Below are positions 45,010 through 57,840 of a stretch of DNA of 64,000 nucleotides, piece after piece; the first letter of the stretch is position 1, and every line of letters starts with the position of its first letter. The notes under the pieces were generated by a model that saw only the letters and a program-made list of their open reading frames with translations, did no database searches and had not been told where the DNA came from. The DNA comes from Octopus sinensis (Eukaryota), in contig NC_043005.1 in NCBI RefSeq assembly GCF_006345805.1, positions 104,904,001 through 104,968,000 of the forward strand, given 5' to 3'. The position numbers and the translations under genes are program-made.

Positions 45010-46289
45010 TGTGATGGCGTCTTGTAATATTCAAGATATCCTGGAAATCGTATTGGTTAGGTGCACTCTAAAGAAATACGAGGCGGTAACAGAAACAGAG
45101 ATTAATTCAGATTAGTCGAGGGGTTGCTACTTGGCATCTAAACAAATAACTCTGTACCGTTGAACAAACGCCATGCGACGTTTGGAAGACGGTCTTGCTA
45201 AATTAGTTGGGGCTTGGTTCGGCCCAGTTCTCTGAGAAAAGTTACGAGCAAAATGGCCAGTCTCACTCATAAACACTGAAAGAAAGATATCCGTGTAAAG
45301 TACTACTCAAATACTGGGGAAGAGGTTATCGGTCAATTCCCTTCCTTTAGACCTAGATCTTTTAAATCAGAACCAATAAATACGAACAGCTGGCCGAGCC
45401 ACTAGGGCTACGAGAAAAATGGTTCACAATATTTCTTCCGAATCTCAACTCTCTGAGATCAAATTTCACCAAGATTAAATTTATCTTTCATCTTTTGGGG
45501 ATTGACGAAATAAAATATCAGTTAAGTACTGGAAGCAATAACATCAATTAAGCTTCTATCTTCATAAAACTACTGGCCTTTTGCCTAAATCCTCGTTCTC
45601 CTCCTCCGCCTCCACCTCATCATCATCATCATCATCATCATTTATCGTTACTATCAATTTATGTCCTGTTGGTTATTAGCCTCGTTTCTATCTTAATCAC
45701 AAGGCTTAGCTCAAAGGAAACGAGGGCTGGGAGCCGCCCCAGTAGACGGGTTTTTTTAATGCTTCAGAGTGCTTGATGTGTATATTGTGCTTTCATGACA
45801 GGAACGAGAAACACGATGACCACTATGATCAATGACAATCCAATGGTGACACCCTCTTCCCTTTTCGAAGTGTACGCTTTGCTTCAACAATATCCCCTGT
45901 GGCTTTCATTATTTCAGACGTTTCGGTGTGATTTGACGACCTTGCTGCTATTTTTAGCAAAGCAAGCGATCAAGTAGATCTCTCCCCTGTTTTCGCTGCT
46001 AATGTTGGCTGCTCGTGTCGCAACTCCTTGTTGCTGTTGTTGTTGTTGTTGTTGTTGTTGCTGAGTTGCTGTTAATGGAAACTGCTTGTTGCTGCTAATG
46101 TTGTTTTGTTGTTGTTGCTAATTTTGCAACGGTTGTTGATGTTGTTGCTGCTGCTGCGGCTGCTGACTCTAAGAGAGTCAGTCAACCGTTTACTTCATCT
46201 TACTTTAAACTCCAAGCGATCGGGGGGGGGGGCAAAGAAAATCAAGAAAGGGAAAACAAAAACAAAAACCAGAAAAGAAAATCCGGGGA

Positions 46290-46419
46290 ATCCAATCACG
46301 TGACATAAACAAACCTGATATATATTTTTTTGTCATGATAGTCTTTAATAAATAGATTGAGGAGAGACTGAAAATCGAAACCGTTCAGCGGAAGTAAGTG
46401 GGTAACTAGGCAGGTGAGT
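46290..46419 (+). promoter_or_regulatory. Candidate promoter / first exon with 5' splice site
   Basis: CCAAT (46292) abuts the E-box CACGTG (46297); ETS-type CGGAAGT at 46389; consensus donor CAG|GTGAGT at 46414. Motif-only evidence. Confidence 0.25.
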
Positions 46420-46578
46420 AAGACGGTCGGGTGCTTTACTCTGCCTGCTGTGTCTACGTCTGGATTTGTTAATAGTGAGTTTGTCTGTGAGATGATGAAG
46501 GATTTGGGTTTGTAGGTTAGTGGTGAGTGTTTTGCAGAGGAGAGACTAAAAACTGGAGAGTGGGTTAATGGGTTAGCT

Positions 46579-46634
<56 letters not shown>

Positions 46635-47089
46635 GTTGCTGCTGCTGCTGCTGATGATGATGATGCTAATGCTGCTAGTAGTATTAATAGCAGCAGCAGC
46701 AGCAGTTGTAGTAGTAGTAGTAGTAGTAGTAACAGTAACAACGGCGGTAGCAGCTCAGTAAGCTGCTTCAAGGGACAGTAGCGTAATTGGATTATTATCA
46801 AATTTATGGAGCGGAAATTTTGCGAAACGTTGTAGTGTTCAAGCCTTTCCCAATGAGAACCGGTGAAGTGAATGAAGGGAATTCTATTTAAAACTGAAAT
46901 ATATAACTCTGATCAATGCCAAATGATTTACAAATAAACTCAAGACTGAGAGCGGGGATGGAGGGGGTGCCTAAACCGTCACATGGTTTCTCAACTTAAT
47001 AGAGATGGTAATCAAGTTTCCCTCAAATCACACTATAATTTCAATGTAGGAAAGGATACATTAGAATAATATAATCGTAGATACGTGTA

Positions 47090-47200
47090 AGCGCGTGGCT
47101 TAGTGGTTAGAGTGTCAGCATCATGATCGTAAGATTGTGGTTTCTATTCCTGGACCGGGCAACGCGTTGTGTTCTTGAGCAAAACACTTCATTTCACGTT
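47090..47200 (+). mobile_element. SINE family D head
   Basis: gcgcgtggcttagtggttagagtg...gtttctattcctggaccgggc..tgtgttcttgagcaaaacac. Confidence 0.7.
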
Positions 47201-47232
47201 GCTCCAAAAAAAAATGAAAAAAAAAGAAAAAT

Positions 47233-47461
47233 GGCGGCGAGCTGGCAGAAACGTTAGCACGCCGGGCGAAATGCGTAGCCGTATTTCGTCTGTCGTTACG
47301 TTCCGAGTTCAAATTCCGCCGAGGTCGACTTTCCTTTTATCCTTTCGGGGTCGATAAATTAAGTACCAGTTACGCACTGGGGTCGATGTAATCGACCTAA
47401 TCCCTTTGTCTGTCCTTGTTTGTCCCCTCTGTGTTTAGCCCCTTGTGGGTAGTAAAGAAAT
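47233..47461 (+). mobile_element. SINE family A, full-length
   Basis: ggcggcgagctggcagaaacgttagcacgccgggcg...gtgggtagtaaagaaat. Confidence 0.92.
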
Positions 47462-47709
47462 TTATAATCGTAGATACTTTTAACTCGACAGGAAGGTCAT
47501 GGTTGGAATGCCGTTTCTAATTTTAGGACGAGAGAAGAAATGTTGAGGGAGGGAGCAAGTCGATCACAATGATTAGTACTTTATTTTATAGACCTCAAAA
47601 GAATAAGATGCAAGGTGGGCTTCGGCGGTTTTTGAACTTAAAACATAAAAAGCAGGATGATATGCCACTCACCGATTTTAAATATAAATTCAATGACAAT
47701 AATAATATT

Positions 47710-48104
47710 TTCTACTCTAGGCACAGGGCCCGACATTTTGGGGAAGGAGGCCAGTCGATTAGATCGACCCCAGTATGCAAATTAAATACGCAACTCGTTC
47801 TTAATTTATCGACACCGAAAGTATGAAAGGCAAAGTCGACCTCGGCGGAATTTGAACTCAGAACGAAATACCTGTTTCTTTACTACCCACAAGGGGCTTA
47901 AACACAGAGAGAACAAACAAGGACAGACAAACGGATTAAGTCGATTATATCGACCCCACTGCGTAACTGGTACTTATTTAATCGACCCCGAAAGGATGAA
48001 AGGCAAAGTCGACCTCGGCGGAATTTGAACTCAGAACGTAACGACAGACGAAATACCGCTAAGCATTTTGCCCGGCCTGATAACGATTCTGCCAGCTCGC
48101 CGCC

Positions 48105-48152
<48 letters not shown>

Positions 48153-48322
48153 TAATAATAATAATAATAATGAAATTTTGTTGGGAGGGGAGTAGTCGAT
48201 TATATCGACCCCTGTGTTTCACTGGTACCTAATTCATCGACACCGAAAGGATGAAATGGAAAGCTAGCCTCGGCGCTAAGTATTTTCTCCGGTGTGCTAA
48301 AGATTCTGCCAGCTCACCGCCT
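47710..48322 (-). mobile_element. Cluster of SINE family A copies (partial 47710-47872, full 47873-48106, partial 48175-48322)
   Basis: Reverse-complement family A modules; junction gaaatacct|gtttctttactaccc at ~47873. Confidence 0.85.
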
Positions 48323-48491
48323 TAATAATAATAATAATAATAATAACAACAACAAAAACAACAACAACAACAACAATAATAATAATAATAATAATGATAA
48401 TAATAATAATAACAACAACAACAACAACAACAATAATAATAATGATAATAATAATAATGATAACAACAACAGCAACAGCAACAACAACAAC

Positions 48492-48550
<59 letters not shown>

Positions 48551-48569
48551 TGATAATAATAATAATAAT

Positions 48570-49980
48570 CTGAAGATTTTTAGTAAGAACGAAAAAGAGA
48601 TAGATTCCTTAATAGAGAGCGTAAAACTCTCCAGCAAAGATATAGGCATAGAATTTGGCATAGATAAGTGAGCAATATTAGTAATGAAAATGGGACAGGT
48701 AGTCAACAGCGAAGGCATCCAATTACCAGATGACCAGACATTAAAAGAAGGAGAGAGTTATAAGTATCTAGGAATATTAGAATGTGACAGGGTACTAACT
48801 ATAGAAATGAAAACGAAAATTGAGGAAGATTTCATCAGAAAGGTAAGGAAGCTAATGAAATCAAAGCTAAATGGTTCGAATCTAGTAAAGGCTGTAAATA
48901 CCTGGGTAGTATATTTACATAGCTACCCAGCAGCTCTGACAGAGTAGACAAAGCTGAATTAGCAAAGCTAGATAGAAAAACTAGGAAGGAAATCAATATG
49001 AATGGAGGACTTCACCTAAGTGCAGGAGTAGCAAGATTATACTTGCCTGGAAAGGAAGGTGGAAGAGAGATAATATCAGAAGACTGCGTGCAGTTAGCTA
49101 GAGTAGATATAGATTCCTATGCAGGTAATAGTGAAGAAAGTTTATTGAGAGTTGCTAGAGTCACAGCAAGACATAGAGAAGCCCCCCAAACAAAACGATG
49201 TTAAAAAGCAGAGAAAAGAACAAAAGTTATCTGACTGGCAGGAGAAGGCTGTGCATAGCAGGTTCCCAAACATAGTTGCAGCAAATAGTAGTAGTTTAGA
49301 CATGGTTATGGTTGCAGAAAGAAAAGCTGAAAAGGGAGACAGATAGTTTGTTAGTAGCAGCACAAGTTCAAGCATTAAGGTCTAATTGGATGAAAGCCAA
49401 GATAGACAAAATCCAAGTAGATTTCCAATGTAGGTTATGCAAATCAAATGAATTAGCATGGTGGCACAGGAAAAATACAAGAAAGGACATGACAACCTAG
49501 GGAGAGTAATCCAGTGGGATTTACGTAGAAAGCTAGATTGGAACATAGTGATAAATGATATGAACATGAACGTTGTAAAGTACTAGAAAATAAGAAATAT
49601 AAGATGTTGTGAGATTTTAACATTCAGACTGATAGAAGCTAGAAGGTCGGATTTAGTAGTAGATGAAGAGAAAAGAAAGTGGCAGATAATTGACTTTACA
49701 GTGACAAATGATGAAAAAATCATCATGTGAGGTATAGGAAAATAGTAAAGTACCAGGACTTAGCCATCGAATTACAGAGACTGTGGTAAGTGCGAGTGAA
49801 ATGTATCCCAGTAATTATAGGCGCATTGGGAACTTCCCTAAAGATCTGAACAGTTGGATACTGGAAATGGACATAAAAATCAGTTTAGTACAGCTCCAGA
49901 AAACAGTGTTATTAGGGACAGCTAAGATATTTAAGGAGGGTTCTTGGCATCTAAGGTTATTTGTTCTAACGCGATGTTAG
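48570..49980 (+). mobile_element. R4/Dong-like LINE (family R-B), 5'-truncated at the RT catalytic motif; RT C-terminus, CCHC and RLE remnants
   Basis: LKIFSKNEKEIDSLI..IGIEFGIDK, YKYLGILE, KLNGSNLVKAVNTW, RLYLPGKEGGR, ETDSLLVAAQVQALRSNW, CRLCK, IEARRSDL, IPVIIGALG and LQKTVLLGTAKI. Multiple stops and frameshifts; flanked by (AAT/AAC)n on both sides. Confidence 0.9.
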
Positions 49981-50392
49981 TAATTTTTCTTTTCCAATAA
50001 TATAATTTGTTGAGTGTATATGAATAGTAATTTTAATAATAACAACAACAACAACAATAATAATAATAATAATAATAATATTGATTCATGAAATGAGTAG
50101 GAAGATGTAGTGAGGTGAAAGGGCACTATGACATAGTCACGCATACACCCGCACACACACTCAAACATTCACACACACTTTAATACAAACACAGATTCAT
50201 CTAAACACATGTACAGACAAACATACGTATACATACATACATAAATACATACACACACAGATACTTCAAAACACTTGTACAGACACGCACGAATGCGTCT
50301 CACTCTCTCTTTCACTCTCTTTCTCTAACTATCTATCTACTTTCACTCTCTCTCTCTCTCTATGCATATATATATATATATATATATATATA

Positions 50393-50452
<60 letters not shown>

Positions 50453-51694
50453 TGTGCGTGTATGTATGTATGTGTGTGTAACGCAATTTGTTCGACGCAA
50501 CCAATTCACAGATTATAAATAATACCTTTTACTATAGGCAATGCACGAGGCCATTACTTTTATTTATTTATTTATTTTTAGTTGGGTAAGAAAGAGGTTA
50601 TCTACTGACGTAACTTCAGTACTTAAACACTATGTACCGGCGAACAAAAAGCAGCACTCCCCTCAGAAAGGCCACGCGGACAAAATATTTAAAGTGCCTC
50701 AAACGTCCTCTACTGACAAGGTCACTTGGCCTGCAAAAAGGTCACAGCCAAATTTCCAGAATTAACGCTTCAAGACTAAAAATAAAAGTAAGGCCAAACT
50801 GGACCTTTTTAATGCTTGCGTAGAGGATAATATGAATGCATTAAGACTCCTTATGAGGCATTCACAGCCTTTGTGACCCTAGATAACTGGTTTGCAGCTA
50901 TATTTTCTATTGTAGTCTCTCTAAGGTTTGCACAAAGCCAGCAATTTTGAAGGGTAGCCATCCTCAAAAGGATAAAAATAAGGTTGACCTCAGCGGGATT
51001 TGAACTCAAATCGTATTAGCGTCAGACGAACCGCTATTTAATATTTTTCCCCAACGCACTAATGATTGTAGGTCGAGGCAGTAGCGTACTTTTAATAATA
51101 TTAACAACTAATCTCTATTACAACTTGTTGCCTGCCAGAATCCAAAGCTATTGTGTTCGCTAATAATGCGTTGACTCGGAGTGAGGGCGCTCTGTGCCAA
51201 CAGCTAACATATCACACGCACTATATTTTCTCCCCTTTGTAAATTCAAACGCGTAAGTGTAACTTTACGATGTTAATTACAACTCTGATGGATGAGTTAT
51301 TCATTTATTTATTTATATTAGCATATAGATTAAATAAAACTACTAATTTTGGTGCATATGTCCGCTTCGGTTAGATCCTCAGCCACTATAGTAATTCCTC
51401 TGATTGGCTAACCCGATTAAGTGGAGTATGCTCCGAAATATCAAAGTATTTGAGAAATTTATGAAGATATACATTCATATTTTCTCTAATATTCAGCGCG
51501 CCATGTCTTAGCCAATGAGCTTTTTCTTCTCGTGGCCAATTTGGCTCCTATTTCTTGCACATTGAGAGTCCCCAAAAAGATTTCCTTAAATCCTGAATCT
51601 ATCGTTGCAGTCTGTTCTAATCTCCAACAAACTTATTATAACCTAGAAATATGATTATAAATTTTCACTGGCCCTTTTTGTGCGTTACATTTGA

Positions 51695-51755
<61 letters not shown>

Positions 51756-52389
51756 ACACACACACACACACACACGCACAAACACATACATATTCATTTA
51801 TGCATGCTCACACATATATATATACATCGACAGACAAGTAGACAATTAGATATATGCATACATACATGCATATATACGTGTGTGTATGTGTGTTTGTGTG
51901 TGTGTATGTGTGTTTTTCTCGTGCTATATGCGTATATGGGAGAATGCGAGTGTTCGTGAATTTTGCATTTGCTTTCAAAATTATATATGTAAATATTATA
52001 GCGATACAGTAATTGAATTACAAATTAAAATGGTGCTTTCAAAATAAATAGGAATAATTTATGAAATTAAAACTAAAGTCGATACGGACTCATGCATATA
52101 TATGTACATACATACATACATATATATATATATTGCATACATATGTGTGTGTGTATGTGTGAGTGTGTGTGTATACCAACAAGCATGTAGATATATTGAT
52201 GTATACACATGTAGATGCGTATGTGCCAACGGTCCTATGAAGCAGTATGTATAGGTAAATATATGCATGTAGATGATTTATCGAGTATTTATATCAATAC
52301 TCCATATATAGTATGATTACAAGAAAAACGGAAATGCAGGGAAAGTATGCGTGTGAGTGTGTGTGTGTGAGAGAGAGTGAGTGAGAGAG

Positions 52390-52756
52390 AGAGAGAGATG
52401 GGTTGGGTTATTGATAGAGATATTGAAACTGTGATAAAAAGAGAGGAAAAGTTGAGAGAATGAAAGTCTGAGGAGGAAAGGGATCGAATGGTAGAGGGTG
52501 GGGAGCCAGGGTGAGGTAATGTGTGTAGACGTGTGTGTGTGTGTGTAAGTTGGTATGTATGTATGTATGAAGGTAGGTAGGTAGGTTGGTAGGTGAACCA
52601 AGAAAAAGTCAAACAGTTAGACAGGCAGAAAATGGATACGTACATACTTGCATACATATGTACATACATACATACCGACATATGTACATACATACATACC
52701 GACATATGTACATACATACATACCGACATATGTACATACATACATACCGACATATG

Positions 52757-52818
<62 letters not shown>

Positions 52819-52850
52819 ATATATATATATCTGTCTGTCTCTCTCTTTCT

Positions 52851-52889
<39 letters not shown>

Positions 52890-53660
52890 GTGTGTGTGCG
52901 TGTGTGTGTGTCAGGAGGAAGAGAAGAACCAGACAGAGGCAGCCATATGAGAGATAGATAGATATGGCTGGATATATAGGTGTGTGTGTGTTTGTGTAAG
53001 TTGGTATGTATGTATGTATGTATGTATGTATGTATGTATGTATGTATGTATGTATGAAGGTAGGTAGGTAGGTAGGTTGGTAGGTAGGTAGGTAGGTAGG
53101 TTGGTAGGTGAACCAAGAAAAAGTCAAACAGTTAGACAGGCAGAAAATGGATACGTACATACTTGCATACATATGTACATACATACATACCGACATATGT
53201 ACATACATACATATGCCTCTCTATGAAATCACAGCTTCGTTTTTACATACATACATAGATACAAATATACATATGCATCTATATGAAATCAAGGCTATGT
53301 TTTTACATACATACATGCATACATGCATGCATACATACATACGTTTATCTATATACATACATATTTATCTGTACACATACATATAGCTGTGTATACAGAG
53401 AAATGTGACTATCTTAATAATCACATAAATACGTAGAAGAAATATATAATAAGGAAGTATAATGTGTGTGTGTGTTTAGAGAGAGAGAGAGAGATGGGTT
53501 GGGTTATTGATAGAGATATTGAAACTGTGATAAAAAGAGAGGAAAAGTTGAGAGAATGAAAGTCTGAGGAGGAAAGGGATCGAATGGTAGAGGGTGGGGA
53601 GCCAGGGTGAGGTAATGTGTGTAGACGTGTGTGTGTGTGTGAGAGAGAGTGAGTGAGAGA
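52390..53660. repeat. Mosaic local duplications (A-B...B...A) with a 24-bp minisatellite
   Basis: Block A gagatgggttgggttattgatag...gtagacgtgtg at ~52395 and ~53490. Block B gtaagttggtatg...gaaccaagaaaaagtc... at ~52545 and ~52996. (tacatacatacataccgacatatg)n at 52660-52760. Confidence 0.85.
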
Positions 53661-53994
53661 GAGAGAGAGATAGAGAGAGAGCGAGAGGTAATGGTTGAGG
53701 AGATTACAGCCAGCAGGAATTAAGGTCAACATTACATCTTTACAGCAGTGGATTGGAAACAAGAGTGATACAGTGTTGGTTGGAATATTGTATAGCGATG
53801 TTTAGGTGGTAGTGTTGTTGGAGCTGGTGGCGGTAGTGTACGAGTAAAGATAGTGGTGAAGATAGCGTACTAATAGTGATAGTTTTGGAAGAGTATCGGT
53901 GGTGGTGAGGTAAAACAGTTTCCTGTTTCTGGTTGTAGTATTGGAAGTGCATTGGCTGTGATTGTAGCACTCTAATAATGGTAGCAGTGAATGC

Positions 53995-54150
53995 GAGCAT
54001 GGCTCATGGGTTAACAAGTTCACTTGGACAGTTTTAAGGTTTCAGTTTTAACCACACTCCACAGAATCTTGACTAAATGCCTTTTATCATAGACTCGGGC
54101 CGCACTTCGTCTTGTGAACGCAATTATACTGATGAAAACTGTAAGAAGCC
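53995..54150 (+). mobile_element. Diverged SINE C head
   Basis: tcatagactcgggcc...cttgtgaacg...aaactgtaagaagccc aligns to ctatagcctcgggccg...ccttgtgagtgg...aaactgaaagaagccc. Confidence 0.6.
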
Positions 54151-54225
54151 CAGTGTTAAGAAATGTATCTTTAATTTAAAAGTCCAGCCTTGTCGTGTAC
54201 ACTATGTCACACTGATTACTCCCAC

Positions 54226-54291
<66 letters not shown>

Positions 54292-54449
54292 TGTTGTTGT
54301 TGCTGTTGTTGTTTAACCCAGGTTGTCCTGGTCGAACTGAGTTCCAACTATGACTATCCCGTTGGTTTTTTTCAGGTAGTCTATGCATGTATACATGCAC
54401 TGTTACATACGTACTGTGCTTCGCATCAGATGTCAAAACGATCGCGGAG

Positions 54450-54548
54450 CAACGTGAGATAAAGTTCTTTGCTCAAGAACACAACACGACCTGGGAATCG
54501 AAACCACAATCTCGTAACTATGACGGCAATATCTTGACCACTAAGCCT
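54450..54548 (-). mobile_element. SINE family D head
   Basis: tttgctcaagaacacaacacg..gggaatcgaaaccacaatc...accactaagcc is the reverse complement of the 47090 head. Confidence 0.7.
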
Positions 54549-55056
54549 CTCTCTCTCTCTCTCTTCCCTCTCACTCTCACTCTCTCTCAATCTCTCTCTC
54601 TCCCTGTATATTAATCTGTATGTGTGTGTATGTGAGTAGGACAAGTTATAAATAATGGTTATTACATATTTTTCTTTTCTTAAAACAAATTTGGTTTACA
54701 GATGCTTTCATTATTCATTGTAAGTAAATTACTGATCGATTTATTCAATCGGTCTATTGATCAGCTGAGAAAAATGGGACGATCTAAAAGAAACATAATG
54801 CTACTTTTGTCAGAGCCATTTCTGCATATGACCATTATTCATAACGTGTCTTATATATCACTGTGTGTAAAAACCAGTTTGTCTGGAGCCCATCCATGGC
54901 TTCGCAATATAGAAGTGTGATGAACCATAACCTTGGACCATAAGAACACTCGGAGACCTTCACTAATCTAAACAATATTGTTATTCTGACTGTGCCAACA
55001 AAGAGCTTATGAAGTAAATTTACCCAGATTGAAAATCCCTCGCTGTTAGCTATATA

Positions 55057-55116
<60 letters not shown>

Positions 55117-55142
55117 TGTATGTATGTATGTATGTAGGTATG

Positions 55143-55185
<43 letters not shown>

Positions 55186-55321
55186 GTATATACATATATC
55201 ACAATCAAGGAATGGCCATAATAGGCCATTCACCCACTAGAAATAACAGCCAAAGCTTCAACCGCAAAATAACATTAATTCCGCAAACCAGGAGAAAATT
55301 AAAAAAACATTTACCCTGTAA

Positions 55322-55426
55322 TTTCTTATACGATGCACCGTTTCATCTATTGTTTAATGGTAAACTAACCTGATTAAATTAAATCAAGTCAATCTTCCAT
55401 AGGCCGATAGATTCATCAGTAAGAAA
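55322..55426 (-). ncRNA. Type I hammerhead ribozyme, copy L1 (intact core)
   Basis: Minus strand: UUUCUUA-CUGAUGA-AUCUAU..AUAGAU-GAAA-CG(GUGCAU)CG-UA^UAAGAAA. Confidence 0.88.
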
Positions 55427-55806
55427 CAGCCAAGATCCGAGCAGATATTATCACGAGGCACCTCTGTCCCTGCCTCGGCAATATCTGACCTAAAATTTTC
55501 AAATCATCGCACTCGCGCCAAATTTATCGGCAGCAAATATAAGCCGCCGATTCCATTACGGAATTAACCAGAAAATTCATAATTAATCAATATAGGGTGG
55601 CAAAAAATTTCGTAGAATTTATTTGCCACCAGCGGCCTAGTGGGAAAAAAATTAAATAGTCATAGACCATTTATAAGTTCAACATCACATCAGGAATGGC
55701 CATAATAGGCCATTCACCCACTAGAAATAACAGCCAAAGCTTCACCAGCAAAATAACATTAATTCCGCAAACCAGGAGAAAATTAAAAAAAACATTTACC
55801 CTGTAA

Positions 55807-55909
55807 TTCCTTATACGATGCACCGTTCATCTATTGTTTAATGGTAAACTAACCTGATTAAATTAAATCAAGTCAATCTTCCATAGGCCGATAGATCATC
55901 AGTAAGAAA
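55807..55909 (-). ncRNA. Type I hammerhead ribozyme, copy L2 (GAA instead of GAAA; one base lost in stem II)
   Basis: Same motif with single-base deletions. Confidence 0.7.
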
Positions 55910-56288
55910 CAGCCAAGATCCAGCAGATATTATCACGAGGCACCTCTGTCCCTGCCTCGGCATATCTGACCTAAAATTTTCAAATCATCGCACTCGCGCC
56001 AAATTTATCGGCAGCAAATATAAGCCGCCGATTCCATTACGGAATTAACCAGAAAATTCATAATTAATCAATATAGGGTGGCAAAAAATTTCGTAGAATT
56101 TATTTGCCACCAGCGGCCTAGTGGGAAAAAAATTAAATAGTCATAGACCATTTATAAGTTCAACATCACAATCAAGGAATGGCCATAATAGGCCATTCAC
56201 CCACTAGAAATAACAGCCAAAGCTTCAACCGCAAAATAACATTAATTCCCGCAACCAGGAGAAAATTAAAAAAACATTTACCCTGTAA

Positions 56289-56392
56289 TTTCTTATACGA
56301 TGCACCGTTTCATCTATTGTTTAAGGTAAACTAACCTGATTAAATTAAATCAAGTCAATCTTCCATAGGCCGATAGATTCATCAGTAAGAAA
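56289..56392 (-). ncRNA. Type I hammerhead ribozyme, copy L3 (intact core)
   Basis: tttcttatacgatgcaccgtttcatctat...atagattcatcagtaagaaa on +. Confidence 0.85.
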
Positions 56393-56771
56393 CAGCCAGA
56401 TCCGAGCAGATATTATCACGAGGCCCTCTGTCCCTGCCTCGGCAATATTGACCTAACATTTTCCAAATCATCGCAACCCGCGCCAAATTTATCGGCAGCA
56501 AATAATATAAGCCGTCGATTCCATTACGGAATAACCAGAAAATTCATAATAATCAATATAGGGTGGCAAAAAATTTCGTAGAATTTATTTGCCACCAGCG
56601 GCCTAGTGGGAAAAAAATTAAATAGTCATAGACCATTTATAAGTTCAACATCACAATCAAGGAATGGCCATAATAGGCCCTTCACCCCTAGAAATAACAG
56701 CCAAAGCTTCAACCGCAAAATAACATTAATTCCGCAAACCAGGGAAATTTAAAAAAAACATTACCCTGTAA

Positions 56772-56875
56772 TTTCTTATACGATGCACCGTTTCATCTAT
56801 TGTTTAATGGTAAACTAACCTGATTAATTAAATCAAGTCAATCTTCCATAGGCCGATAGATTCATCAGTAAGAAA
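56772..56875 (-). ncRNA. Type I hammerhead ribozyme, copy L4 (intact core)
   Basis: As L1. Confidence 0.85.
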
Positions 56876-57252
56876 CAGCCAAGATCCTAGCAGATATTAT
56901 CACGAGGCACCTCTGTCCCTGCCTCGCAATATCTGACCTAAAATTTTCAAATCATCGCACTCGCGCCAAATTTATCGGCAGCAAATATAAGCGGCCGATT
57001 CCATTACAGAATTAACCAGAAAATTCATAATTAATCAATATAGGGTGCAAAAATTTCGTAGAATTTATTTGCCACCAGCGGCCTAGTGGGAAAAAAATTA
57101 AATAGTCCATAGACCATTTATAAGTTCAACATCACAATCAAGGATGGCCATAATAGGCCATTCACCACTAGAAATAACAGCCAAAGCCTCAACCGCAAAA
57201 TAACATTAATTCCGCACACAGGAGAAAATTAAAAAAAACATTTACCCTGTAA

Positions 57253-57358
57253 TTTCTTATACGATGCCACCGTTTCATCTATTGTTTAATGGTAAACTAA
57301 CCTGATTAAATTAAATCAGTCAATCTTCCATAGGCCGATAGATTCATCAGTAAGAGAA
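57253..57358 (-). ncRNA. Type I hammerhead ribozyme, copy L5 (core intact; insertions in loop III and stem I)
   Basis: acgatgccaccgtttcatc...gattcatcagtaagagaa on +. Confidence 0.78.
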
Positions 57359-57840
57359 CAGCCAAGATCCGAGCAGATATTATCACGAGGCACCTCTGTC
57401 CCTGCCTCGCAATATCTGACCTAAAATTTTCAAATCATCGCACTCGCGCCAAATTTCGGCAGCAAATAACGTAAATGTTTTTTTAATTTTCTCCTTGTTT
57501 GCGGAATTAATGTTATTTTGCGTTTGAAGCTTTGGCTGTTATTTCTAGTGGGTGAATGGCCTATATGGCCATTCCTTGATTGTGATGTTGAACTTATAAA
57601 TGGTCTATGACTATTTAATTTTTTTCCCACTAGGCCGCTGGTGGCAATATAATTCTACGAAATTTTTTGCCACCCTATATTGATTAATTATGAATTTTCT
57701 GGTTAATTCCGTTGGAATCGGCGGCTTATATTTGCTGCCGATAAATTTGGCGCGAGTGCGATGATTTGAAAATTTTAGGTCAGATATTGCCGAGGCAGGG
57801 ACAGAGGTGCCTCGTGATAAATCTGCTCGGATCTTGGCTG

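Noticed and set aside
47090-47170. tRNA genes (also 11760-11830 and the family A heads)
   Set aside because: They have A/B boxes but no complete cloverleaf, and they continue into SINE bodies.
54122-54172. CTGATGA...GAAA hammerhead-like motif
   Set aside because: It aligns to the SINE C segment gtagacggaaactgaaagaagccc, so the core is a chance product of divergence; stems I and II are broken.
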